From IMG/VR virus record IMGVR_UViG_3300010885_050098, positions 1-64,000 of that record: a stretch of 64,000 nucleotides of DNA; one strand, given 5' to 3'. The position numbers and the translations under genes were made by a program. Below the pieces are notes generated by a model. It saw only the letters and a list, made by a program, of their open reading frames with translations. It made no database searches and had not been told where the DNA came from. The stretch comes from a virus. Positions 54,992-64,000 of the stretch are shown piece by piece. Positions within the stretch are counted from its first letter, which is position 1. Each line of letters opens with the position of its first letter.

Positions 54992-55895
54992 CGTTCTCCT
55001 TCAATGCTTTACGGGCTTTGTCTCTAGCTTTGCGGGCAACCTCTTGGGACTGTTCTGTAGGAAGGGACATTACGACCTGCCCAACCAAACTGCCAAATCG
55101 GCTTACGTAAAGTCGCCACAGAACCTCGGCATCTTTGTATTCGCTTATAGAAATCTGTTTAAAAAACAAATCCATAACCGCAACTTCAATTTCTCCGTTA
55201 GTCCCAAGCCTATTGCGTAAACCGCCAAGTGCGCCAGAGAACTGACTCTGCGTAACTTTCCACGGCTCGATGTTCCAGTACTGCTCAATCCTGTCGGCAA
55301 ACTCAAAGCACACGTCTGGAACGGACCACTCCGACTTTAAAAGTTCGGATCTTCTACCAAAACGTTTTTTACCAAGGTCGCGTTTTTTATCTACATAGTC
55401 AGACGCTCTCTTTGCTTTAGCTTTTTCTTTATCAGCCTTAGCGTCGGCTTTGTAGTCTTCGTCCCCGGAACCCGGAGAAAACAATCCGCCCCATCCACTC
55501 ATGTTTTTAACCTCGAACTCTTCTGTCTCTAAGTTTACTTTCGACTTTGTCGAAACCATATTTTTACTTATAACAGTAGAAATAGTATTTCTGCTTATAT
55601 GCTCATTACTGATATCAGAAGTCACGTTATGTGACTCCACAAGTTGTGCCTTCACACTGCCAAAAAAAGCTCTGTTTGCTTTTTCTGTCAGGATTGAAAC
55701 AGTCATGATTCTGTTTCCAATGCGTTGTCTAGTGGTGCGAATGTACTCGTTTTCACGAAGTTCTTTCAGACCACTAAGCGCTGACCGACGACCCACTCTG
55801 AAATGAACCATCATTGATTCAGCTGATATGTTTATATCGTGTTGGTGGATTGCCAAAAGAAACCCATAGGCTTTTGCCGAAAGATCTCCCGTCAT
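54984..55895 (-). CDS. Probable replication initiator (N-terminal wHTH)
   Basis: LSAKAYGFL...GRRSALSGLKELRENEYI; directly upstream of the DnaC-like gene. Confidence 0.65.
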   Translation of the reverse strand: MTGDLSAKAYGFLLAIHQHDINISAESMMVHFRVGRRSALSGLKELRENEYIRTTRQRIGNRIMTVSILTEKANRAFFGSVKAQLVESHNVTSDISNEHISRNTISTVISKNMVSTKSKVNLETEEFEVKNMSGWGGLFSPGSGDEDYKADAKADKEKAKAKRASDYVDKKRDLGKKRFGRRSELLKSEWSVPDVCFEFADRIEQYWNIEPWKVTQSQFSGALGGLRNRLGTNGEIEVAVMDLFFKQISISEYKDAEVLWRLYVSRFGSLVGQVVMSLPTEQSQEVARKARDKARKALKENDV

Positions 55896-56482
55896 CCTGA
55901 AATACCGTACTTCTCAAGAACCTCGGTCACGGCCTTGGCCACAGCCTTGCCTATAGCTTTAGAAAGATCTTCGCTTACTATGACTGGCAGGGTATTGGTT
56001 TCTTGCGGTGTCTCAACAACCTCAACGGGCTCCTTAGAAGCCTCCTGAGGGGTCTCAGGCAGGTTTCCAGCCGAGATCTCTAGTAATCCCTTACAAAGGT
56101 CGTATGACGGCACAGAAGCGTCTTTGAGGCTTGAATGCAAAGATGCTGTAAAAACATCTGCCTCATCCCAAAACATAAATGCCGTAGCCCACTCACCCGA
56201 AACCGCGTCAACGGTTGCCTTAATTGGATCGGGGTCGTTTACAAGACTCGAACTAGTGATGCTCATAAGAACCGCGCCCTCGGGGGCTATTACGGTTGTT
56301 GATATGTCTAATTCTGACGCAAGTTGATGCGCCCATACTTGCCCTTGACTTGGACGGTCTTTAAAAGGCAATAGCAAAATAAAATCTTTGCCGTTACCCC
56401 TAAAGTAATCTTCTAATAGTGCTTCTACGTTTACTCTTGTGGTTTCGCCGTTACCAGCTACAACCAAATGTTTTGATCCCAT
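55892..56482 (-). CDS. Hypothetical protein (possible SLOG-like fold)
   Basis: HLVVAGNG start; weak. Confidence 0.4.
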   Translation of the reverse strand: MGSKHLVVAGNGETTRVNVEALLEDYFRGNGKDFILLLPFKDRPSQGQVWAHQLASELDISTTVIAPEGAVLMSITSSSLVNDPDPIKATVDAVSGEWATAFMFWDEADVFTASLHSSLKDASVPSYDLCKGLLEISAGNLPETPQEASKEPVEVVETPQETNTLPVIVSEDLSKAIGKAVAKAVTEVLEKYGISG

Positions 56483-56539
56483 GTAATCCTCCTAGGCGGG
56501 GGATATTACACAGGTTTAAAAGTTTGCGGCAAATCCGCT

Positions 56540-58834
56540 CTATAAAGAGTCTGGGGAACCTAAAATTAAGTTAAAACTAGTCCCAATAGGAAGATATTTT
56601 GGCAAAGTGGCTATTAAACGTTTTTCTACCGCCACTCGATTTTTGTAATAATGGGCTCGGCTTTGAGCAACCGTTCCTTCCCACAAAAGGTCAGTCGATT
56701 CACTAAATCCCCTTGACCCATCAAAAAATGAACCCATTGAAGAAGATCTTTCAAATAAAACAGAGTCAATCCAAATATTTTGCCCAACAACCGGATTAGT
56801 CCATTCAAAAATTGCTTTTGCATAAACAGCGTTAGTTGGAGCCAACACTGTTGAATAAATTCTATTAAAATCTAATTTTAAATCTTGAATATACGGCTGT
56901 AAATTTAAATCGTTTCCTGAAGTTAGCGGAATATTATCTCCAGTAATTACAATTTGTATTTCATTTTCTAAAACAGCGGTTACTTGGTAAGAACCGTCAA
57001 AATTGTAAGTTACAGGTGCGCCGTTCTGATCAACACTATTAAACTGAAAATGAACTAACCGCATATTTTCACCAGCAACAATACTGGTTCTTTCTTCAAG
57101 AGTTACGTACAAAGTATTGTTTGTTCTATAAAAAGAAACTACTTTATAAAATTCAGTCAAGTTGGAATAGTTATCGTGCTCTGTTGATATTAACGTTTGA
57201 CTTGCGTCATACCACTCAACGTCAAAACCACCAATATAATCATTTTCAAAAGTTCCCGTAAAAGCTGTTCTTACATATCCGCTAAGTGTGTACCATTCAT
57301 CGCCAATTACTTTAATATAATCATTGTAGGTAAGCAGGATAGAAGAACCAGATCCTGAATAAGCCACTTTTGCGGCCCCTACGCTTCCAGTTGCTGTTTC
57401 TGTTAAAGAGTTATCAATCGTCACAGAAGAGTTTGTTGAAACCCACGGGGTTGTGGTTATTTCAAAACAAGGGTTTCCAAGTAAATTGATTCTATTTGCT
57501 TTAAGAATTACATCAATTCCTCTAGCATCCGCAAAATAGGTTGATCCTTCAGAACTTTGTTCAAATTGAGCAGCATCAAAATAATGAACTTCTCCACTTG
57601 AAGCACCTTCAATTCTTAAATACGGAACAGCAAACCAAGCATTTTCTGGAGATGTGCTTGATGCCTCTACACGCGTACCCCAAAGTGTTGTTGTATTTGT
57701 TTTAAATTCTTCACCGGCTCGCGATATTTCAACAGAATCTCGGTCATACCAAATAATGTCTGCGTAAATTTTTCTTCCCGTAGTTTCCGCTTTTGAAAAT
57801 ATGGAAAAAACATAAGACAAGTTTGGGCTAACTGGTATTCCTTTTGTTTTTGGATTTGTTTTTCCGCAAGCAAATTCAAGATCACCGGCACTAGAGGCTG
57901 TAACTTTTAAACTTCCATTTTCACTGTTTGCAAACCCCGAGGTTGCAAGAACAGGGCTTTCATAAGGAGTTATTACACTGTAGTTAACTTGTAAAAGTGT
58001 TGCTTTTGCAATGTTTAACCAAGAACCAACACTGTACTCAAAAGAAGAATCGTTAATGTTTAACATTATATTTTTGTTTGCCGCTACTTCAGAATCCCAG
58101 CCAGTAAACGATTTTACAAAATCTTTAATGCCTTGCAAAGATCCTTTTTTCTTATTAATTAAAGATGCATTTTTAAGAAGAATTCTTGTTTGTTGAACAC
58201 CAAGTTCAGGCTCATATTGAAGCCCAAATTGTTCAAGCATTAGAGGCAGTAATTCTACAGGTATGGTGGATGCGTCGTAAACATTTTTAACCAATTCCGC
58301 ATACGTCTTTGTAAAATCATAATAAGTCTCAAAAATAGATAAAAAGTTTTTTAAATCAGAGTTTTCATTTGCTTCAGTTAAAGTTTTATAATTATCTGTT
58401 TGGTATACAGCGGGCAAAAGTTGAAAAAAATCGTTACCGTTATCAAATTCTTTTGGAGAAATGGAAGAAGCATTTCCAGCTTTAATCCAATACTCCTCTT
58501 GAATTGAAAACACAAATATTGAATAAAAATAAACTATGCCTTCAACCAAACCAATATTTGAAGGAGTTTGCCCTTTATCAATATATTCATTTATTGCATT
58601 TTCTTTTAAAAGCTCAATTAAAATATCTCCATCATCTGAGGCAATGGGATACCCATATCTATTTCTTACTAAACGAACTTTGCTCCAATCACCAGTTGGG
58701 GTAGCCCAACTTAAATTAATAGCAGCATAGTTATATGGCTTAGCAATAAATGGGGTTGCGTCAAAATCAACAAGCGCTAATACTCCAGCGCCGTATCGTC
58801 CAATCCCATAAATGTCTGTGCCATAACGTGCCAT
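56540..58834 (-). CDS. Baseplate/tail protein (P2 gpI-like domain plus carbohydrate-binding-like modules)
   Basis: LLPAVY...LPLMLEQFG...KKGSLQGI; repeated N.SFE...W...FDAAQFE...YFDG. Confidence 0.75.
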   Translation of the reverse strand: MARYGTDIYGIGRYGAGVLALVDFDATPFIAKPYNYAAINLSWATPTGDWSKVRLVRNRYGYPIASDDGDILIELLKENAINEYIDKGQTPSNIGLVEGIVYFYSIFVFSIQEEYWIKAGNASSISPKEFDNGNDFFQLLPAVYQTDNYKTLTEANENSDLKNFLSIFETYYDFTKTYAELVKNVYDASTIPVELLPLMLEQFGLQYEPELGVQQTRILLKNASLINKKKGSLQGIKDFVKSFTGWDSEVAANKNIMLNINDSSFEYSVGSWLNIAKATLLQVNYSVITPYESPVLATSGFANSENGSLKVTASSAGDLEFACGKTNPKTKGIPVSPNLSYVFSIFSKAETTGRKIYADIIWYDRDSVEISRAGEEFKTNTTTLWGTRVEASSTSPENAWFAVPYLRIEGASSGEVHYFDAAQFEQSSEGSTYFADARGIDVILKANRINLLGNPCFEITTTPWVSTNSSVTIDNSLTETATGSVGAAKVAYSGSGSSILLTYNDYIKVIGDEWYTLSGYVRTAFTGTFENDYIGGFDVEWYDASQTLISTEHDNYSNLTEFYKVVSFYRTNNTLYVTLEERTSIVAGENMRLVHFQFNSVDQNGAPVTYNFDGSYQVTAVLENEIQIVITGDNIPLTSGNDLNLQPYIQDLKLDFNRIYSTVLAPTNAVYAKAIFEWTNPVVGQNIWIDSVLFERSSSMGSFFDGSRGFSESTDLLWEGTVAQSRAHYYKNRVAVEKRLIATLPKYLPIGTSFNLILGSPDSL

Positions 58835-58837
58835 TTT

Positions 58838-59311
58838 TTATCCAAAAATGCTTTCAATAATAAGGCGTGTAATTTCAGGTGAAGATACCGCGGATGCAGT
58901 CAATGTTCCATCTGAAGAAACATTAGCAACAATGGTTCCCGTTCCTGATTTCCAATTTTGAAGGTTTGCACTTTGTGATGTTGCGCCTCTGACGGTAAAC
59001 CCAACGTTTGTTGCAATTGCGTTAGTAATTGTTTCGTTTCCAGTACGTTTAATGTATTGAGTATGCGCGTCCGAAACAATTCCTGTTTCTATATTGGCTA
59101 AACGTGCAGTTAACGTGCTAAATGAGGTTGCGTTGGTAGCAAATGTTCCACTAGCGGAAGGAGAAGTAGAGAGCGCTGGACTTACACCAATAGCGCTTTG
59201 AATAGCAATAACTTCTTCTTGCAAACCATTTGGATCTGAAGCATCAATGATGTCAAGCGTATTTCTTTTGGTTGAAAACGATCTAACCGATGCTGGATAA
59301 CTTGCTGTCAT
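58838..59311 (-). CDS. Virion protein
   Basis: ASYP...NGLQEEVIAIQSAIG...ARLANIE; lies in the baseplate cluster. Confidence 0.6.
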   Translation of the reverse strand: MTASYPASVRSFSTKRNTLDIIDASDPNGLQEEVIAIQSAIGVSPALSTSPSASGTFATNATSFSTLTARLANIETGIVSDAHTQYIKRTGNETITNAIATNVGFTVRGATSQSANLQNWKSGTGTIVANVSSDGTLTASAVSSPEITRLIIESIFG

Positions 59312-59319
59312 TTTTTCTC

Positions 59320-60786
59320 CTATGCAATTCCGCCGCTAACGGTTACAGTAATTGTACCCGCCTCAGGCAACTCGTCTACTGCGAATACCGCGTCTGAAGT
59401 ACCGCTTTGTGCCCCGTCTGCTCGGGCTAACAAAATTGGTGTTGCGTAAGAAACTCCCGGTGTTGCCGATAACGCACTTAAAACATAACTTAAAGAAATT
59501 CTTTCTTTAAAGCTAACGTTGTCAAACGCTAAAATTTCGTTGAGTGCTTTTACGGCGTTTATTTGTACAGTAGAGTTTTTCCATTGTGGAAGGGCAACAA
59601 CTACAACTTCAATATTTAAAGGAACAAATGTGGGTGGAAAAATTGTTACGGAAACTCCTGGTGGCATTTTAGGAGTTATAAATTCAATAATTTTATTTGA
59701 TAAAGCCGTAAAAACTTCTGTTAATTCGTTTTCAGAAGTAAGTCCTCTATCTCCAAAAGGAGCCACATATAAATTAATACTGTTTGAAACTTCGGCGTCT
59801 GCAATTGCTTTTGCAACACCAGATATTTGAACAGCAATGGCCGCATAATCGTCTAAAGAAACGGCTCTATTACCAGCAGACAACGTTAATGGAGCATTGG
59901 TTCTAATAGATTCAATAGATTCTGGATCAGTTCCGCCAGATGCGGCAGATACGTTAATCACACTTAACCCAGCTTGATAATTTGTTAAAATATTTTTAAT
60001 AGTTGTTGCTGCAACATTTCCAACAACCCCACCACCGACTCGATAAGTTGCGTAAATTTGAGCATTAGTTGCCGGAACTCGTCCGCCAACTCCGTCGCCA
60101 AATTCAATAAATGTATTTCCATTTGCGTCTGTATATGAAACAAAAACAGCGTCGCTATTTCCGTATTCAACTAGGTATTGAACATGTCGATAGGGCGTAT
60201 TGTTTACCTGAACAGAAATGCTGTCTTGAATAACTGGGGTTTCGTCTAACTGAAATATTTGATTTGCGGTTCCAGTAGATGTACCAACTAATTCAGAAGT
60301 AACTGTATATCCTTGAGTTGCTGTTACAGAAACTCCACTAGGACTAGTTGTATTTGGGGTTACAACAAGATCCTCATCTGTTTCAAAAATAACTTGAGTA
60401 GAAGTTCCATTAACAATGGTTGTGCTTCCAATTTGAGTTCCAGCAACCACCGTTATATTTGAAGAAGTTGAGTTTTTAAAAGTTAAAGTTACAGTAGACG
60501 GAGTTGTGTCTGTTGGTGTATAGCCCAACATTTTAGCAATTCTTAAAATGCTTTCTTTTTGACTAGCTGTGCTAATAAAAGCTTCGTTTGCGGCTCGATC
60601 TATGTAATAGTGCAAAACATCAGACGCATAAGAAAACGCTTCTAACATTGCAATACCTAAATCACCAGGATCTCGACTGGTCCATTTTGGGGCAAGTTGT
60701 GGAATAAGGTTAATTAAGTCTTCTCGAATAGACGCGTAATCTCTAGAGGTGTAATCAATTTGAGGAACGTAGTTAATATCAGCCAT
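59320..60786 (-). CDS. Baseplate wedge, J/gp6-like
   Basis: IDYTSRDY, EFGDGVGGRVP, YRVGGGVVGNV, GGTDPES, RAVSLDDY. Confidence 0.9.
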   Translation of the reverse strand: MADINYVPQIDYTSRDYASIREDLINLIPQLAPKWTSRDPGDLGIAMLEAFSYASDVLHYYIDRAANEAFISTASQKESILRIAKMLGYTPTDTTPSTVTLTFKNSTSSNITVVAGTQIGSTTIVNGTSTQVIFETDEDLVVTPNTTSPSGVSVTATQGYTVTSELVGTSTGTANQIFQLDETPVIQDSISVQVNNTPYRHVQYLVEYGNSDAVFVSYTDANGNTFIEFGDGVGGRVPATNAQIYATYRVGGGVVGNVAATTIKNILTNYQAGLSVINVSAASGGTDPESIESIRTNAPLTLSAGNRAVSLDDYAAIAVQISGVAKAIADAEVSNSINLYVAPFGDRGLTSENELTEVFTALSNKIIEFITPKMPPGVSVTIFPPTFVPLNIEVVVVALPQWKNSTVQINAVKALNEILAFDNVSFKERISLSYVLSALSATPGVSYATPILLARADGAQSGTSDAVFAVDELPEAGTITVTVSGGIA

Positions 60787-60788
60787 TT

Positions 60789-61199
60789 TTATAACTCCTC
60801 AATTAGAACGCCTGTTCGGGTAAATGTCCCGCTTTTTACCCTAGCTACTGTAGTTGTTTTTTCTCCGCTTGGTAATACATAGTTTATCGAAATAACTAGC
60901 GCATTGTCTGTTAATTCGCCAGCTTCTATTGCCGATGTTACGGATAATAGTTTTAGATCAGGCAACCATTGGCCAAAGGCTGACGCTACGGTTAACTCTG
61001 CTTCTTTTAAAGCAACATCTTCTGGCTCAAAAACAAGGCCTGTTGCTCCACTACCATATGAATGACGCATAACTCTTTCGCTAGGTCTGGTAAAAATAGC
61101 ACTTAAAACCCTATCAGACCATATTTTTCTTTCATTAATCGTGGTGTTTACTCCACCAGATTCATTAAAGTTAAAAGGTAAAGAAATTGCTTGTCCCAT
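60789..61199 (-). CDS. Baseplate wedge, gp25/W-like
   Basis: ISLPF...TRPSERVMRHSYGS. Confidence 0.88.
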   Translation of the reverse strand: MGQAISLPFNFNESGGVNTTINERKIWSDRVLSAIFTRPSERVMRHSYGSGATGLVFEPEDVALKEAELTVASAFGQWLPDLKLLSVTSAIEAGELTDNALVISINYVLPSGEKTTTVARVKSGTFTRTGVLIEEL

Positions 61200-61712
61200 T
61201 TAAAACACTCCAATCCAAACAGGGAAATTAGGGTCTCCGCCTTCAAACATAGCCCAGACACCTTGTTCAAGTTTAGGGACTAGTCGGTGCGGAGTATGTT
61301 CTGCGGTCGTATTAACTTCTTGATTATCATTCCATTTTTCATTTTCATCAACGTCAAGAATGTGGTCGTGAAAAAGTTTGCCACTATTTCCTGAATGTGC
61401 TGCATGAGTTAGTGTTTGTGTTGCGCTAAAACTGTGGCTGTGTGCAGGAGAGCCACCACTGCCCGTAGACCCAGAAACTGAAACACTATGACTTGTGTGT
61501 GTATTTAGTAACGCAGCCACTTCTGAAGCCAAATGAGGTAGATGGTCTGGATGATTAGCGTTACTTAAAACAGGCAAACAAGGCCAAGCCCAATCACTAA
61601 GACCCTCACCCAAAACTTGAGGAACTTGTAAACGAATCCTATTTTTTTCCAAAGGATCGTCAACATCCATACAGATACCTCGGTATATACCAAAAAATTT
61701 ATTATCAGTCAT
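61200..61712 (-). CDS. Baseplate spike gp5/gpV OB-fold protein with His-rich insertion
   Basis: GIYRG...DPLEKNRIRLQVP...WAWPC...VP...VWAMFEGGDPNFPVWIG. Confidence 0.85.
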   Translation of the reverse strand: MTDNKFFGIYRGICMDVDDPLEKNRIRLQVPQVLGEGLSDWAWPCLPVLSNANHPDHLPHLASEVAALLNTHTSHSVSVSGSTGSGGSPAHSHSFSATQTLTHAAHSGNSGKLFHDHILDVDENEKWNDNQEVNTTAEHTPHRLVPKLEQGVWAMFEGGDPNFPVWIGVF

Positions 61713-63045
61713 TTTTTGCGTTCCTTGCGTGCGACAAAACAACTGGCGATGGGGAAGATCTTTTTACCGTAGTTTTCATATCTTTAACAGAGTTTTTCCA
61801 TTTGTTAGGGACAATTACTTTTTTTGCAACCAATGGTCTAGGTCGGTTATTTACGGTTCCAAATCCTACAGGATTTTTACTTGACACGCCCACACCTTTT
61901 TTTAAAACAGTGACTGGTTTTTTATTGGTTTGTTTCACCCCTGGCGTAATTTTTCTTTTACCGGTGTTAGTTGGCGCACCAATTGCCGGGGAATTTGGGT
62001 GCGAAACGTCTTGTCCCAAAGAATCGGTTCCTAAATGTAAAATTGTTGTGTATTTATGGTTTAGCAAAGTGTCTAACGTTATTCTGTGTTCTGTTTTTAA
62101 AACAGTCCAAAACCCACTGTGTTCCGGCCCAACTCCGCCAAAATATACTGGCGCATCTGGGTGCAAATCTGGGGTTCCAAGAACCTCAGCAATAGCTTTA
62201 TACGGATAACGAACACGTTCATCAGCAGACTCAGATTCAGATTTTGCAATTTCATAATTATTTGCCACTGTAACTGCGTCAAAACGATCAAAAAATTCTG
62301 GTTCAAAATTACTTCTTGTTGCTTTAGGTCGTTTTTGGTTTGTTACTTGTATAAGTTGACCAGTAAATTTATCTACACCACTAACCGCAACGGCAGCTTT
62401 GTGCTCACCATCTTGATTTAAAGTTTCTCCAACAATAGGTGTAAAAGAGTACAAAGTAGATCCACTTGGGTTTGCTTGATCTCCCATAAAAAAAGACAAA
62501 GCGCTATCTTTAAGTTCGTTATATATTTTTGTAACGGGGTGAAAATATACCTCTGTGTTTTGAACCCTAAAGCTATAACCGCATTTACGCGCTAAATCTT
62601 TAATAAATTCAAGGTCGCTACGCCCCGCTTGAGAAATTTGATCAAAAATACGTGGATGATCTGTTACATCAAAAGCAAATCCATGAAAAGAGGCAATATC
62701 TTTAACAACATCTGAAGCGGAAACATTTCTATAAACTTTTTGTTTTTGTTGTTTTAAATGGTAAGAAGCGCCAATAATTCCAAGTTCAATAGATTTACTT
62801 CCCGGAGTATTGTAGTTTTTAACGTGATAAATGTACCCGTTAAAAGTTTTAGAAGAATTACTACCCGTTAAATTAAGTTCAACTGGAGTTCCTTGTTTTA
62901 ATGAATTATGGGCAACGTCCCAATCTTTAAATTTAACAATAGCTAATTCATGCGCCCCGCGTTCTTGATAAAAAACAAAATCAGAAACTCTTCCGACAGG
63001 GGAAGATTTAGATGCGGGAAAAGATACGTCAATAAAATCAAACAC
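61705..63045 (-). CDS. Baseplate hub (gpD/gp27/VgrG-N-like)
   Basis: FNGYI, SASDVVKDIA, QAGRSDLEFIKDLARKCGY, SGFWTVLKTEH. Confidence 0.85.
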   Translation of the reverse strand: MFDFIDVSFPASKSSPVGRVSDFVFYQERGAHELAIVKFKDWDVAHNSLKQGTPVELNLTGSNSSKTFNGYIYHVKNYNTPGSKSIELGIIGASYHLKQQKQKVYRNVSASDVVKDIASFHGFAFDVTDHPRIFDQISQAGRSDLEFIKDLARKCGYSFRVQNTEVYFHPVTKIYNELKDSALSFFMGDQANPSGSTLYSFTPIVGETLNQDGEHKAAVAVSGVDKFTGQLIQVTNQKRPKATRSNFEPEFFDRFDAVTVANNYEIAKSESESADERVRYPYKAIAEVLGTPDLHPDAPVYFGGVGPEHSGFWTVLKTEHRITLDTLLNHKYTTILHLGTDSLGQDVSHPNSPAIGAPTNTGKRKITPGVKQTNKKPVTVLKKGVGVSSKNPVGFGTVNNRPRPLVAKKVIVPNKWKNSVKDMKTTVKRSSPSPVVLSHARNAKND

Positions 63046-63319
63046 GAGGTATCCTTAAAACAGTTCCAGCAGGTATATTTGATGGATCTTCAATTTCAGG
63101 GTTGTTGTCTAAAATATACCACCAAAGGTCTGTTTTTCTGTAAAAATTATACGAAACAAGGTCTAGTCGATCTTGTTCTTGCCAAATGTACTCGCTGTAT
63201 GTAATTGTTCCAATATTAGGAAATTCATAAAAAACAATTGGGTTTTCATCACCATCTGGATACACAGAGATAAAATCAATTGTTGAATACTCATACCTAG
63301 ATCCTTGGTAAATACTCAT
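63038..63319 (-). CDS. LysM/tail-X baseplate protein
   Basis: DRLDLVSYNFY...LWWYILDNNP...GTVLRIP. Confidence 0.85.
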   Translation of the reverse strand: MSIYQGSRYEYSTIDFISVYPDGDENPIVFYEFPNIGTITYSEYIWQEQDRLDLVSYNFYRKTDLWWYILDNNPEIEDPSNIPAGTVLRIPRV

Positions 63320-64000
63320 TGTGTAGCCCCCGGTGCATTATTTCCCGTGTTTGTAAAATCTTGTCCAGCAGAGGCCATTAAATTCATTGAAATAGAAACA
63401 TCTGTTCTAATTGGGGTCATATCTTGACTAAAACCAACATGATTTACGCTCAATGACAATATATATCCAATATATGACAAAGGACCAATGTCTACGCGCA
63501 AAAGGGTTGCCGCTAAATAACCAATATCGGAAGTTCTTCTTCCAGAGGCGTTGTGCCACCCATCCCCGTTAACCGCTTTGTACAAATACTCTAAATCTGC
63601 AACAGTTCCCAGCTCCATAAGATCTTTAATTTTTTTAACTTTCTCAGTGGCAGCGCTATCTCCTAGACCAGTTGCATAATAAGGAAGCAAATCAGTAAAG
63701 ACGTTTGGATCAGTAGTACTGGCTTTGTAAACACCTTTTCCAGTTTTGTCATTAAATGTTGGAAGAGCAGCGTAATCTTTTTTTAGTAAATGCCTAGCTG
63801 CCGCAAAATCATTTGTTCTATCTAATCGTAAATTAAAACTAATGGTTTCACCGCTAGGGAACGCTCCAGCAACACCCACAAATCGGTCATTTACGTTAGG
63901 AGTAACATCTGTGTTTAATGAAACCCCAGTTGTGTAACTATCAGGGTTCCAAATAAATTGAAAACCAAAAGTTCTATCAGCCAATTCTTTTCTAGGATCT
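63316..64000 (-). CDS. Tail tube initiator-like protein (5' end beyond the window)
   Basis: GFQFIWNP...YIGYILSLSVNH..F...MTPIRTDV; frame is open to the window edge. Confidence 0.7.
   Translation of the reverse strand, partial: DPRKELADRTFGFQFIWNPDSYTTGVSLNTDVTPNVNDRFVGVAGAFPSGETISFNLRLDRTNDFAAARHLLKKDYAALPTFNDKTGKGVYKASTTDPNVFTDLLPYYATGLGDSAATEKVKKIKDLMELGTVADLEYLYKAVNGDGWHNASGRRTSDIGYLAATLLRVDIGPLSYIGYILSLSVNHVGFSQDMTPIRTDVSISMNLMASAGQDFTNTGNNAPGATQ

Noticed and set aside
1-64000. Alternative genetic code or diversity-generating retroelement
   Set aside because: Long conserved genes translate intact with the standard code, both tRNAs are sense-decoding, and no reverse transcriptase or adenine-variable TR/VR pair was seen.

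Overview
The window is part of a large tailed-phage genome with a contractile-tail baseplate. The host is almost certainly an actinobacterium: there are two WhiB genes, a DUF4192-like gene, GP88, actinobacterial LexA and parS motifs, and many leaderless genes. Low GC outside the early island suggests a freshwater lineage (inference). Layout: (1) 1-15.9 kb, minus strand: PASTA and Hint-domain virion-type proteins with a glycosyltransferase, Hsp20, a lysis cassette with a large PA14 surface protein, many small genes and two tRNAs. (2) 16.1-28.4 kb, plus strand: an early-type island of about 10 terminator/promoter cassettes, then WhiB and a split, overprinted C5 DNA methyltransferase. (3) 28.4-56.5 kb, minus strand: class II RNR, nucleotide and protein-processing enzymes, and recombination/replication genes (RuvC, Cas4-like, RecA, PolA, SSB, SNF2, primase, DnaB, DnaC, initiator). 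(4) 56.5-64 kb: baseplate genes. The main signals read from the sequence are: a modular promoter array with a fixed slot filled by either a LexA box or a CRP box; a seven-copy bipartite TGTTTGTGTTG/CCCNCCCNCCC element; a host-type parS; short N-terminal tags shared by unrelated small proteins, including a tagged/untagged paralog pair; a poly-Gly-Hint Tyr/Pro-repeat protein next to a GT60-like glycosyltransferase; and a two-copy covarying RNA pseudoknot. All family calls come from motif recognition by eye; no database searches were run.
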